The notes under the pieces are model-generated. The model was not told the DNA's origin and did no database searches. It saw nothing but the letters and a program-made list of their open reading frames with translations. A program made the translations under genes and the position numbers. DNA of 63,822 nucleotides, counting the filler, from Deltaproteobacteria bacterium (GTDB lineage: Bacteria > Myxococcota > JACRCW01): NCBI GenBank assembly GCA_016218805.1. It is 6 parts of 6 records of this genome, joined end to end, with 100 filler letters (N's around TTAATTAATTAA, not from the genome) between each part and the next. Parts side by side here need not be neighbours in the genome. Positions count along the whole stretch, not along the records: positions 1 to 25,590 come from JACRCW010000020.1; positions 25,691 to 46,700 come from JACRCW010000089.1; 4 more parts are not named here. One strand, written 5' to 3'. Positions 20,162 to 29,841 of the stretch are shown here, in pieces (the stretch's first letter is position 1; every line of letters starts with the position of its first letter).

Positions 20162-21705
20162 GAGCGACCACGCTGATCCTGCTGGCGCTTGCCGCCGCGT
20201 GTACGCCGTCCTCCACGCCGGACCCGCTGGCCAGGAGGACCACGCTGGGGCCGGAGAAGCTGTCTTCGCTGGATGTGACGGTGGGCTTTGAGCCCGGCGG
20301 CGCGGGCTGCGTGACGCTGGTGAACGGCCAGCTCCCCGCGCCGGAAATCCCGGGGGACTACTGCCCGGACGGTCCGGGTGACGTGGACAATCCCCTGCCG
20401 TACCAGACCGGGCGCCGCGTGCGCGTGTTCCTGAACGTGGATGCCATTGGCACGCGCGGCACCTACCAGTTCCCGGTGACGGGCAGCATTGGCCTGTCCA
20501 TGAACGTGGGCACCATCCAATCCGGCACGCCCTCCTACCTGCAGGGCGGCAGGGTGCAGCGGCAGAAGGTGGTGTTCCAGAACGCGCCGGGCAAAGTGCA
20601 ACTGTGGGCGGAAGCCGGCACGCTGCTCACGCTGCCGGACGGCACCGACCAATCGCCAACCTTCACGCTGGGGGCGTCGTCGCCCTTGTGGTTTGGTCAG
20701 CCCACGCTGCCGGACGTGCAGCGCGCGGACAATGACCTGACCAGCCCGCTGCAGGGGCAGCGCGTGGAGGTGCAGGCGCACAACCTCATGGTCACGCGCA
20801 TTGCGGGCAACGGCTTCACCGTGCAGGACCTGGGCGTGCCGCTGGTGGATGGGCTGCCCAAGTGGAACGGGCTGTTTGTGTTTGCGTTCAACGGCGTGGA
20901 CAGCATCACCGTGGGGACGCGGCTGTTGAAGCTCAAGGGCGCCATCACGGCGTTCCAGGGGATGACGCAGCTGGGGGAGCCGGAGTTTGTGGCGGTGGGT
21001 GGCGAATGTGCGCCGCGCCAGGAGCCGTCCCGCTACGGGCGCGAACCCACGGAGAGCGAGGAGGGCGGGTCCCTCATCCGCGCGCGCTGCCCGGCCAACG
21101 CGGAGTGCGTGGACGACCGCTGCGTCCCCAAGAACGACCCGTACGAATACGACCGCCTGGGGCGCACGGTGTGCCACCAGGTGACGACGTGCGGCGGCGC
21201 CACCGCCGAGTGCCCGGCGGGCACGCAGTGCGTGGACCGCGAGGACTGGCGCACGGTGGATGCGCTGGGGCAACCGGCGTTCACCTGCCAGGCGTGCCCC
21301 GCCGTCGTGGGGGGGGAGCTGTGGACCACGCCGGGACAGACGCCGGGCTGGTGCGGTCCGCTGTGGACGGGGGACAGCCACCCGGAACTGAAGATGCGCA
21401 ATGAGATGCTGGAGGGGGCGCTGCTGCAGCTGCAGGACGCCGTGGTGGACGGGCTGGACCTCAATGACGACTTCTTCCGGTCCGGCTTCTACAGCTTTGG
21501 CCAGTGGAAGCTGAAGCTGCCCAACGGTGCCTGCGCCACGGTGTCCAGCGAGGTGGCACCGGACTTTGACGTGGTGGGGGCCAATGCCAACCGGACGCGG
21601 CTGTCCAGCTTCACCGGCACCCTGCGTCAGGTGCGGTTCACCAAGGGCAGCGCGTACTGGATGATTGACCTGCGCCACAAGGGTGACCTCGTCGTCGCTC
21701 CTTGA
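20158..21705 (+). CDS. Lipoprotein with OB-fold-like module and Cys-rich insert
   Basis: ATGA overlap; lipobox LAAAC; SPLQGQRVEV..VTRIAGNGFTVQD..GLFVF..VGTRL..GAITAFQGMTQL; LEGALLQL. Confidence 0.75.
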   Translation: MRATTLILLALAAACTPSSTPDPLARRTTLGPEKLSSLDVTVGFEPGGAGCVTLVNGQLPAPEIPGDYCPDGPGDVDNPLPYQTGRRVRVFLNVDAIGTRGTYQFPVTGSIGLSMNVGTIQSGTPSYLQGGRVQRQKVVFQNAPGKVQLWAEAGTLLTLPDGTDQSPTFTLGASSPLWFGQPTLPDVQRADNDLTSPLQGQRVEVQAHNLMVTRIAGNGFTVQDLGVPLVDGLPKWNGLFVFAFNGVDSITVGTRLLKLKGAITAFQGMTQLGEPEFVAVGGECAPRQEPSRYGREPTESEEGGSLIRARCPANAECVDDRCVPKNDPYEYDRLGRTVCHQVTTCGGATAECPAGTQCVDREDWRTVDALGQPAFTCQACPAVVGGELWTTPGQTPGWCGPLWTGDSHPELKMRNEMLEGALLQLQDAVVDGLDLNDDFFRSGFYSFGQWKLKLPNGACATVSSEVAPDFDVVGANANRTRLSSFTGTLRQVRFTKGSAYWMIDLRHKGDLVVAP

Positions 21706-21763
21706 CCCTTCCCCCTCCCCCACTCCATCCGCTAATGCGGCCGCTTCACCGGAGCCCGCGAAC

Positions 21764-23728
21764 ATGAAACGCCGCGCCACGCCCGTCCTCCTGTTCACCG
21801 TCGTACACGGCATTGCACTGGCGCAGCAGCCGCAGGCCACCGGCACCCCGGAGACGGTGAGCCCGCCCGCCACGCCTGCCACGCCTGCCACGCCCGCCAC
21901 TCCGGCGACGCCCGAGACGCCGGCCACCCCGGCGCCTCCCGCGCAGCCCGCTCCCGCGACACCGCCGCCCGCGCAGGTGCCGCCGGCCCCGTCCACCGCG
22001 TCGGCCAACCTGCCCCCGCTGTTCGGCGGCAGCCATGAAATCGCCAAGCCGGGACCCGGCCCCTTCCTCAGCGACTTCGTGGACACGCGCGTCACGTTCG
22101 GCTTCTCGGATGACGACTTCCTGTCTGACGCGGGGCGCACTTCGCCTTCCTCGCCGTCACCGGACTTCCAGATCCGCCCGGGCAATGAGACCTTTTTCAA
22201 CAACATTGACCGGCGTGACACGCTGCGCGAGACGCTCAGCCACCTGGTCCTGTACCGCCGCCTGCCCGGCTACTTCTGGGGCGTGGACACGGAAGCCGCG
22301 CTGGTGGCGCGGTTTGTCATGTTCTCTGACCCGGTCAACGGCCGCCTGTCCCAGAGCTTCCAGGATGACGGCAGCTACCTGCGCGCCAGCTTCTACCCGT
22401 TTGGTGACACGTCCGATTCCAAGAACCTGAAGTTTGAGGCGACCTTCTACCCGTTCAACACCGTGCGTTACCGGCTGGGTTACCTGTGGGACATCACCTG
22501 GGGTGGGCCGGAGATCTACCCGTCCCGCGGCGTGGCGGCGCCGGGCTTCAAGGCGCAGGTCAGCTACACCAAGTTCCGCTGGGTGGGCGGCTACGCGTAC
22601 GTGGGCGCCAAGACGGCGCGCCTGCTGGACGAGCGCATCAACGAAATCCAGGCCAACTGGGGCGGCCTGGGTGGCGCCGGCATAGACATGGGGGACGTGT
22701 TCAGCCTGGAGACGGGCGGCGGCATCTTCCAGCGCGGCACCAACCCGCTGACCGGCGTCAAGGGCGAGCCGGTGCTGGGCTACGGCGTGTCTTCCCGGGC
22801 CATGCTGCACATCAACACGCCAGTGCCCACGGGGCTGGACTTCCGCCTCATGAAGAATGACCTGGGCAGCACCAACTTCTTCCTGCAGAACCGCCCGTAT
22901 GACGCCTCCTGGTCCTTCACGCTGGCCGCCGAGTTCACCTGGCTGCAGCACACGCTGCAGGACGCGGAGAACCAGCAGAGCACGTTGCGGCAGAACGCCC
23001 GCGCGGGCGCGCTCTCAGCGCGACTGCGGCTCTGGTATTTCCAGTTCTCCGCGGACGCCATCCTGCGGGACCTGGCGTTTGTCCTCTACAACCGGCCCGG
23101 GTTTGTCCCATTCCAGACGTTCCCCGGTGACAGCAAGCGCAACATCCTGGGCGCGGGCCCCAATGAGTGCCCGCTGGAGTTGGGGTGGTTTGGCTGCAAG
23201 CAGTCATTGGACTCCAAGGTGCAACCGGAGCTGATGCTGGTGTCCGGCGTGTCCGCGTACATCCCGGTGGTGCGGCTGACGCCGGCGGTGACCTTTGGCA
23301 TGCAGAAGCCGTCCACCTTCCAGGGCTTCCTGCCCTCACCCGTGGCCAACAACGGCGTGCCGGACCAGGCGGGCAGCCAGACGGTGGTGGTTCGCAACGC
23401 GCAGAGCGTGGACGTGCTGCCATGCGCAGAATACGGCGACATTGACGCGTCCGGCACGCGGCAGTGCAACAAGCCCTCCATGGTGACGCCCATCTTCACT
23501 ACGCGGGTGGCGCTCAAGTGGGACCTGTCTGACCTGCTGAGCGTGGTGGGCGAGCAGGTGATCACCGTGGACCGCAACCGCACGGAGATCATTGAGGACA
23601 CCGAGGGCCAGCAGACCATCCGGCGCGCGTTCTACGAGGCGGAGGCCCCGCAGCTGTTCCGCCAGCTGGGCGCGCCGTCCCTGCCCATGAAGTGGGGCGG
23701 CGGGATGTACGTGCAAGCGCGCTTCTGA
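21764..23728 (+). CDS. Probable outer-membrane beta-barrel protein with Pro/Ala/Thr-rich N-terminal linker
   Basis: Signal peptide (ALA-Q), PAT tandem repeats, alternating aromatic/Gly strands, C-terminal beta-signal GGMYVQARF. Confidence 0.78.
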   Translation: MKRRATPVLLFTVVHGIALAQQPQATGTPETVSPPATPATPATPATPATPETPATPAPPAQPAPATPPPAQVPPAPSTASANLPPLFGGSHEIAKPGPGPFLSDFVDTRVTFGFSDDDFLSDAGRTSPSSPSPDFQIRPGNETFFNNIDRRDTLRETLSHLVLYRRLPGYFWGVDTEAALVARFVMFSDPVNGRLSQSFQDDGSYLRASFYPFGDTSDSKNLKFEATFYPFNTVRYRLGYLWDITWGGPEIYPSRGVAAPGFKAQVSYTKFRWVGGYAYVGAKTARLLDERINEIQANWGGLGGAGIDMGDVFSLETGGGIFQRGTNPLTGVKGEPVLGYGVSSRAMLHINTPVPTGLDFRLMKNDLGSTNFFLQNRPYDASWSFTLAAEFTWLQHTLQDAENQQSTLRQNARAGALSARLRLWYFQFSADAILRDLAFVLYNRPGFVPFQTFPGDSKRNILGAGPNECPLELGWFGCKQSLDSKVQPELMLVSGVSAYIPVVRLTPAVTFGMQKPSTFQGFLPSPVANNGVPDQAGSQTVVVRNAQSVDVLPCAEYGDIDASGTRQCNKPSMVTPIFTTRVALKWDLSDLLSVVGEQVITVDRNRTEIIEDTEGQQTIRRAFYEAEAPQLFRQLGAPSLPMKWGGGMYVQARF

Positions 23729-23749
23729 AGTCTTTCCCCGGGGGACAAC

Positions 23750-25168
23750 ATGACCGCACCCACGCCACGCCCGCGTGACCAGCGACGGAGCCGCCGCTAC
23801 GCGGCGCAGCTGCACGTGGACTTCCAGGGACGCGGCGGCACGCACAGTGCGGAGAGCGCGGATGTGGCCCGGCACGGGCTGTTCATCCGGACGCCACACC
23901 CGGTGGCGGAGCGGCACGTGGTGGCACTGGCCATTGCGCTGCCGGTGGGAACCATCCGCGCCACCGCGCTGGTGACCCGCACGGTGGCCGCCGGTGACCA
24001 GGCCGGCATGGGCGTGCAGTTCTTTGCGCTGGGGAGCGAAGCCAAGGAGCGCTGGGACCGCTACGTCTCCGCCGTGGAGGGACAGCCGGCGGCGCCGGCG
24101 ACGGCGCATTCGGACATTCCGGTGTACCTGCTCAAGCCGCGCGACGTGGACCGCCTGCGCGCGTTCTACCTGGATGAGCTGTGCGCGGGCCGGATGAGCC
24201 TGACCACCCCGGTGGTCAAGGACGCGGGCAGCGAGCTGGCCCTCAGCGTGGTGCACCCCAACACGCAGCAGGAGTTTGTGGTGCGCGGAGTGGTGACCGG
24301 CGTGCACCGTGACGTGCCGCGGCGCATGGACATCCAGTTCCACCGCCCCAGCGCTGAGGGGCTGCACAAGTTCCTGGGATTTGTGGAGACCGGTTGGCCG
24401 CCGGCACAGCCGGCCGGGGAGTCCCCGTACGCGCCCCCGCCGGGCGTGGTGGCGCCCGGCCCCACGGAAGCGCCGTGGTTCGAGATTGACCTGGAGCAGG
24501 ACGACGTGGTGGACGACGAGCACTTCTCCTGGGAGGAGGTGGAGCTGGAGTTTGCCCTGGCGGAGGCGGAGGACCAGGCGCCGTGGGCTGAGGTTCCCCT
24601 GGAGGTGGCGGAGGTGGAGCCCGCGCACCACGAGGAGGCCGCGCGGGAGCTGCGCGCCCTGGTGGGCGAGGTCCGCAAGCCCACGCGGACCCTGCGGGTG
24701 GCATGTGACCGCTGCGGGCGCCCGGACGCGTCGCTGAGCACGGGGGCGGCGCCGGGTGTGCTGGGCCTGCTCATTGAGATGAAGCCGCACTGGTGCGCGC
24801 GCTGCGCGTCCGTGGTGGCGGCGCCGGCGCTGGTGTCCCCCGCGCGGCGGCGTCACCTGCGTGAACGCGTGGAGGCGGCGCACGTGGGGGCGCTGGAGGC
24901 ACAGGTGCCGTTCGCGTCGCTGCTGGAGGTGGTGGACCTGTCCGGGCCGCCGCGCTGCGGCGTGTGCAAGGGCAACCTCCAGGTCACCGAAGGCATCCGC
25001 GCGCTGGAGCGCTGCGCGCGCGGGCTGGCACCGGGGGACGCCGCGCGGTGCCACGGCGCACCCTGTCCCCACGGGGACAGCGGAACCTGGGTGGTGACGT
25101 GCGTGTCCGGGCAGGTGCTGCCGGAGGATTCGGTGATCACCATGCCACCGCGCACCGCCCCAGACTGA
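23750..25168 (+). CDS. PilZ-domain protein with acidic linker and C-terminal CxxC (Zn-finger-like) region
   Basis: RRSRR + DVARHG; second degenerate PilZ-like domain; CDRC, CARC, CGVC, CPHG..C. Confidence 0.75.
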   Translation: MTAPTPRPRDQRRSRRYAAQLHVDFQGRGGTHSAESADVARHGLFIRTPHPVAERHVVALAIALPVGTIRATALVTRTVAAGDQAGMGVQFFALGSEAKERWDRYVSAVEGQPAAPATAHSDIPVYLLKPRDVDRLRAFYLDELCAGRMSLTTPVVKDAGSELALSVVHPNTQQEFVVRGVVTGVHRDVPRRMDIQFHRPSAEGLHKFLGFVETGWPPAQPAGESPYAPPPGVVAPGPTEAPWFEIDLEQDDVVDDEHFSWEEVELEFALAEAEDQAPWAEVPLEVAEVEPAHHEEAARELRALVGEVRKPTRTLRVACDRCGRPDASLSTGAAPGVLGLLIEMKPHWCARCASVVAAPALVSPARRRHLRERVEAAHVGALEAQVPFASLLEVVDLSGPPRCGVCKGNLQVTEGIRALERCARGLAPGDAARCHGAPCPHGDSGTWVVTCVSGQVLPEDSVITMPPRTAPD

Positions 25169-25590
25169 GCTGAGCCGGTGCGCGGGCGGGCAACTCCCCA
25201 CGCCCGGCTCCCAACGCCGCGGCCAACTCATCCAATCCGGGAGACCGAATTGGGCGGCTGGCAACCCTCACCTTCCCAAGCCCCCCGGCCTCATTCGCCT
25301 GGCCAACCCATGGCGGCTGCCCCCCGCACCCCTCCCGGAGCGGGTAGACCCACTGCGGTGGGGGTGGGAACCGCCTGACCGCCCCATGGACCCAGCCCCA
25401 AACGGGTCCCCGACCCCCCGGGATGGCGGTCAACCGGCCGGGCAGGGGGGGGTGTGATCGCCCATGGTTGTGGCCTCCGTTCCATGGCGACCAGCCGGAA
25501 CGCAACGCGGGGCCGACGTCGTCTGACGGGCCGTCTTGGCAGGGTGCCGCGAGACATGGGGCCCCTGTCTCCCGTTCTACAACCATCCCA

Positions 25591-25690
25591 NNNNNNNNNN
25601 NNNNNNNNNNNNNNNNNNNNNNNNNNNNNNNNNNTTAATTAATTAANNNNNNNNNNNNNNNNNNNNNNNNNNNNNNNNNNNNNNNNNNNN
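25591..25690. other. Artificial contig linker
   Basis: N-run flanking TTAATTAATTAA (stops in all six frames). Confidence 0.98.
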
Positions 25691-25780
25691 GAAACGAGAC
25701 TATTCGCATTGACGACCAAATCGCTCAGCGCGCTGATCGCGCGCATGGGATCCGTGTGTCCGCGCTGGAAGTAACTCGCC

Positions 25781-27244
25781 CTATGTTCCGCAAGCAAGAA
25801 GCATTCCCGTACCCCACGCGCTTCTTTTAGGGTTAAACACCTGCGCCTGCGCGTCCACAATCTCCTGGCAGCTCAGCTCGCCGTCCCCGTCGTTGTCGAT
25901 GCGGGGTGACCCGTTGAGCCCGTCCACCCGCGCCACCTGCAGCACGGAGGGAAGTTGCGCGGTGTCCGGCATGAAGCTCCCGCCCAGGCCGAACACGCTG
26001 GTCTCCGTCAGGGCCACCAGGTCCCCCAGCACGTCGCCATCCAGGCGGTTGGAGGAGCGCACACGCGCCCGTGAACTGCCCTTGTTGCGGTAGACAATGT
26101 GCTGCTCGCCGCCCAGCGAATTGAGCACCGTGACCCCCGGCTGCCCGTCATTGTCGCTGTCGCGCACCCGCGGGTCATCCGCGTCCGACGGCAGCCCGTC
26201 ATCCGCGGGATTGCCCAGTTCCGCGCCCACCACCACCACGGAGCGCGGGAACTCCACCACCGTCCCCAGCGTGGTCTCCGCCAGCCGCAGCTGCTGCGTG
26301 ACGCGCGGGATGGCGGCCAGGAATGCCGGCGGGGTTTCGTTGGTCACCGTCCCGGCTATGGAGGTCACCGCGGGCAGCGTGACGTGGCAGGTGGTGAAGG
26401 TCACGGCAAGATCATGGTCATTCTGGGCCAGGTCCATGCGCAGGATGCTGGGCGCCACCACGCACTGCGGATCCGGCCGCAGCGTGCCCGCGGACAGGCG
26501 CACCCGCACCACCGCCAGCTGGGCAAACACCCCGGTCAGGTCAAACTGCGGCGCGCCCGCCGGGACAAAACTCACCAGCACCACCCCGGAGGCACCGCTG
26601 GCGGCGTCCGTCACGGTGACGCGCGCGTTGGCCGGCGCCGCGGGGGCCACCAGCGTCACGGTGGCGTGCAGTGCCGCGTCCAGCACGGACGAGGGCGCGG
26701 AAAGCGTGCCGGCCGTGGTGGCAAAGGTGAGCACGGTGCCCGGGTCCATGCGCCGTGCGGTGGCGGTGAGCGTCACCGTGCTGGCGCCGTCCGCGTCCGC
26801 CGCCGGCGGGTCCGCCGTGAGAAACAGCAACGGGTTGCCCGCCGTGGGCGCACGGAAAGCGACCTCCGCTACCTGCGTGGCCACCAGGTTGTCTCCCAGC
26901 TCCACAATGGCGCGTACCACCACACGCTTCTCCTCCAGCCCGCCCATGTCCTCTTCGCGGTCCGCCACCAACGTCACGGTGGCGTGTCCGTCAGCATCCG
27001 GCGGTACCGCGGAGCCGGTGAGGATGCCGCCGGAGGTGGTGAAGCGGATCACCACGTCCCGGGTGACCTGGTCGGTGAAGGTGGCGGTCACCGCCGTGTG
27101 GTCCACCCCGTCAGCAACCAGGGTGTCCCGCGCCACGGAGATGGACACGGACGGTTGCGGCGGTGGCTTGTCTTGCAGGAACGGCAGCGGCGGGCCGGGC
27201 GCGCACGCCCCGGCAAGCAGCAGCAACGGAAGGGATGCGCGCAC
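25781..27244 (-). CDS. Lipoprotein with two invasin-type Ig-like domains; last ~17 codons probably foreign
   Basis: GTG 27244, lipobox LAGAC; LVADGVDHTAVTAT / ADADGASTVTLTAT; DSDNDGQPG; codon style changes near 25835. Confidence 0.8.
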   Translation of the reverse strand: MRASLPLLLLAGACAPGPPLPFLQDKPPPQPSVSISVARDTLVADGVDHTAVTATFTDQVTRDVVIRFTTSGGILTGSAVPPDADGHATVTLVADREEDMGGLEEKRVVVRAIVELGDNLVATQVAEVAFRAPTAGNPLLFLTADPPAADADGASTVTLTATARRMDPGTVLTFATTAGTLSAPSSVLDAALHATVTLVAPAAPANARVTVTDAASGASGVVLVSFVPAGAPQFDLTGVFAQLAVVRVRLSAGTLRPDPQCVVAPSILRMDLAQNDHDLAVTFTTCHVTLPAVTSIAGTVTNETPPAFLAAIPRVTQQLRLAETTLGTVVEFPRSVVVVGAELGNPADDGLPSDADDPRVRDSDNDGQPGVTVLNSLGGEQHIVYRNKGSSRARVRSSNRLDGDVLGDLVALTETSVFGLGGSFMPDTAQLPSVLQVARVDGLNGSPRIDNDGDGELSCQEIVDAQAQVFNPKRSAWGTGMLLACGT

Positions 27245-27284
27245 CGGGCCGGACTGTGGCACCCGCGCAGCGGCGTGGAAAGCG

Positions 27285-27665
27285 TCAGCCCGTGGGCTTG
27301 GAGTCCGTACCCGCCGCGGGCGCGGGGAGCGCAGGAGCCGCCGGTGCCGCGGCAACCGCTGAGACCGCGGGCGTGACTGCGGCCGTGGCCGCCGCCTTCT
27401 CCTTCTCCTTGCGGCGCTGCCGGCGGATCCACGCAATGACCGTTCCCAGGCCCACCACGGCGCCCGCCAGGACACCGCCCAGCTGCGCCTTCACCATTTC
27501 CGTCGCCGTGGCGCGTGCCACCTCCTGGCAGTTGCACAGCGCGGCCCCGGCCGCCGGTGCGTGGTACCAGGCCAGCAGGCCCGGCGCGGACGCGGTGGCA
27601 ATGAGCGCGCCCACCAGCGCAAAGACCGAGACAAAACCCGACAGCGTCCGCAGCGTGGCCAGCAT
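27285..27665 (-). CDS. Small two-TM membrane protein with CxC loop
   Basis: Two hydrophobic segments, LCNC, basic stop-transfer RRQRRKEKEK; GGGGAG RBS. Confidence 0.7.
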   Translation of the reverse strand: MLATLRTLSGFVSVFALVGALIATASAPGLLAWYHAPAAGAALCNCQEVARATATEMVKAQLGGVLAGAVVGLGTVIAWIRRQRRKEKEKAAATAAVTPAVSAVAAAPAAPALPAPAAGTDSKPTG

Positions 27666-27676
27666 GGTGGCTCCCC

Positions 27677-29794
27677 TCACAGTTCGAAGGACATCAGCTT
27701 GTCCAGCACGGCCTCGGTGGTGGGCACCGCGTCCGGACCGGTGCTGTTGGTCTCCTCGTAGTGGTCACCGCCGGCGTCACAGAAATAGGGCGAGTTGTCG
27801 TTGGTGATGAAGTCGTAAGGCGGCACCATGTAGCCCAGCTCGTCATTGCCCAGGCCCACCACGATGCGGAACTCTCCCGGCAGGCGGTCCTTGATGAACG
27901 GCGCGGTGGGCGCGGCGGCCAGGTTGGGCGGCGTGCACAACCGGCAGGCCGCGCAGTCACAGTCCGGCCAGCCCGCATCCGGCTTGGCCAGGGGGCAGAC
28001 CTCCACGGTGCCGCAGCTCTCCTGGGACGGGCAGTAGTCATCCCGCACCAGCGGTTTCCCGTGGCGGTAGGTGCCGTCGTACCCGCCCACGGCCACCTCC
28101 GGGAACAGCTCGCCCGGCACGCTGGCCATGGAGAACGGCCCCAGCTGGAAGGTGAACGCCTCCGTCCGCCCAAACCCGTCCACGTCCAGCAGACTGGTGA
28201 CGGTGGTGTCTATGGGGTAGCCGTCCACGTCATACACGGACCGGTCAAACAGCCCGGTGGCAAACGCAAAGATGAACACCCGGTTCTTCACCGGGATGTA
28301 GAACTGCTCCGCTTTCACCTTGATTTCGCCGCGCTCAGTGACCACGGCGGCATTCTGATCCTGCATGGCCTGCAATGCCTTGAGGGCCAGGTTCTCGGCG
28401 TACGCGGTCAGGCGGCCGTAGCGGGTCCCGCCGGAGGGCCACTCGGTGCCGGCGCGGTCCGTGACCGCCACGCCCAGCGGCGTCATCAGCCCGCCCACCG
28501 TGCCGTTGACGTAGATGGCCAGCCCGCCGCGTCCCGGCAGCGCCGGGCTGGTGTCCGCAAACCCCTGCTCCAGGCGCTGGCGCAGCAGCGCCGCATAGTC
28601 GGAGGAGAGCAGGTTGTTGTCGTCAGACAGGACCTCGGGGTGGTTGGACCAGTGCACCAGTGTGAAGATGGGCTCATGCGCGGGCAGGCTCTGCGCCTCC
28701 ACCAGCGTCATCGCGTCGTCCACCACCTGCGGGTCCCGCGAATCCCGGACAAAGCCCGCCGCGCCCGTCTTGGCGGTCCACGCCAGCAGGCGCGCCGGGC
28801 GCAGGTTGGCCACCGCCTCGGCGGCGGCATCGGCCAGCTGCGTGGTGATGAAGTCATTGTGGCCGGCCAGGCGGCCCGGGTAGACCGGCACCGGGTCCGC
28901 GCGCCCCCATTGGCCCATGGTGTCCACGCTCTCGTGCGTGTGCGTGGAGGACATGGACAGGTAGTCCACGTCCGCCTCGGGGTGGCGCTGCCGCAACTTG
29001 GTGCGCGCGCCCCAGCGGTCCTCCAACGCGCATTCGCCGCCGCCGTCCGGCTGCAGCTCCTCGGACGGGCAGCGCGCCAGCTCGTCATAGAAGAACCCCA
29101 CCGTGTCCACCACGCAGTGCACCGTCGTCGTCGCGTTGGTGCGCAGCGCAAAGCACCGCACGTCCACGTCATCCAGCACGCCCAGCGCCGGGCGGTTGTT
29201 GCCAAACCCCGCAATCCACGCGGCCTGGAACCGCCGGTCGCCCTCGCCCTCGTCCGGGCCCGGGTAATCCCCCTCGTCAATGGCGCCGTCACCGTCGTCG
29301 TCCACGCCGTTGCTGCGGAGGGCTTCCGGCTCCGGCGTGTTGGACGCCGTCACGCGCCCGCCCAGCACCTGCGGGCAGATGCGGTCCAGCCCGCAGTCGT
29401 AGAACCAGTCCTGCTCGCCGTCACCCTGGCTGCCGTCCGCGTCCTCAGCGGTGTAGCCCGGGTCCCCCACGCACAACCCGTCGGTGCCGCAGTCGCGCGG
29501 CGTCCCGTCGGGCAGCTCGCCGCACCGGTCCACGCCAAACCGCTGCTGGTAGAACGGGTCACACCCGGTGCTCTTCAGATAGTGCGGGTTGGCAATCTCA
29601 AACCCGCGCGGGAGGATGGAACGGCGCGCCGCGCCCGCCAGGATCTCCGCCTCGCCCTCCGCCAGGCACCCGGGGCTGCCCGGGCACCACTTCACGTTGG
29701 GCTGGCCTTCGCGCGGGGGCCGCGGGTCCGTCTGGCACGTGTTGCAGCCACCCAGCACGGCCAGCAGGCCGGCGGCGGCGGGGGAAAACCTCAT
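27677..29794 (-). CDS. Neutral/alkaline ceramidase-like metallo-amidohydrolase lipoprotein
   Basis: Lipobox LGGC; STHTHES, WSNHPE, PGELFPE, GLGNDELGY, HYEETNS motifs. Confidence 0.78.
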   Translation of the reverse strand: MRFSPAAAGLLAVLGGCNTCQTDPRPPREGQPNVKWCPGSPGCLAEGEAEILAGAARRSILPRGFEIANPHYLKSTGCDPFYQQRFGVDRCGELPDGTPRDCGTDGLCVGDPGYTAEDADGSQGDGEQDWFYDCGLDRICPQVLGGRVTASNTPEPEALRSNGVDDDGDGAIDEGDYPGPDEGEGDRRFQAAWIAGFGNNRPALGVLDDVDVRCFALRTNATTTVHCVVDTVGFFYDELARCPSEELQPDGGGECALEDRWGARTKLRQRHPEADVDYLSMSSTHTHESVDTMGQWGRADPVPVYPGRLAGHNDFITTQLADAAAEAVANLRPARLLAWTAKTGAAGFVRDSRDPQVVDDAMTLVEAQSLPAHEPIFTLVHWSNHPEVLSDDNNLLSSDYAALLRQRLEQGFADTSPALPGRGGLAIYVNGTVGGLMTPLGVAVTDRAGTEWPSGGTRYGRLTAYAENLALKALQAMQDQNAAVVTERGEIKVKAEQFYIPVKNRVFIFAFATGLFDRSVYDVDGYPIDTTVTSLLDVDGFGRTEAFTFQLGPFSMASVPGELFPEVAVGGYDGTYRHGKPLVRDDYCPSQESCGTVEVCPLAKPDAGWPDCDCAACRLCTPPNLAAAPTAPFIKDRLPGEFRIVVGLGNDELGYMVPPYDFITNDNSPYFCDAGGDHYEETNSTGPDAVPTTEAVLDKLMSFEL

Positions 29795-29841
29795 GGTCCA
29801 CCTCGGAGGGGGAGAAACCCGCCCGGCCGCGCGCCGGGTGG

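Noticed and set aside
25635..25646. TTAATTAATTAA repeated five times in the window
   Set aside because: Always centred in a 100-base N block; assembly linker, not biology
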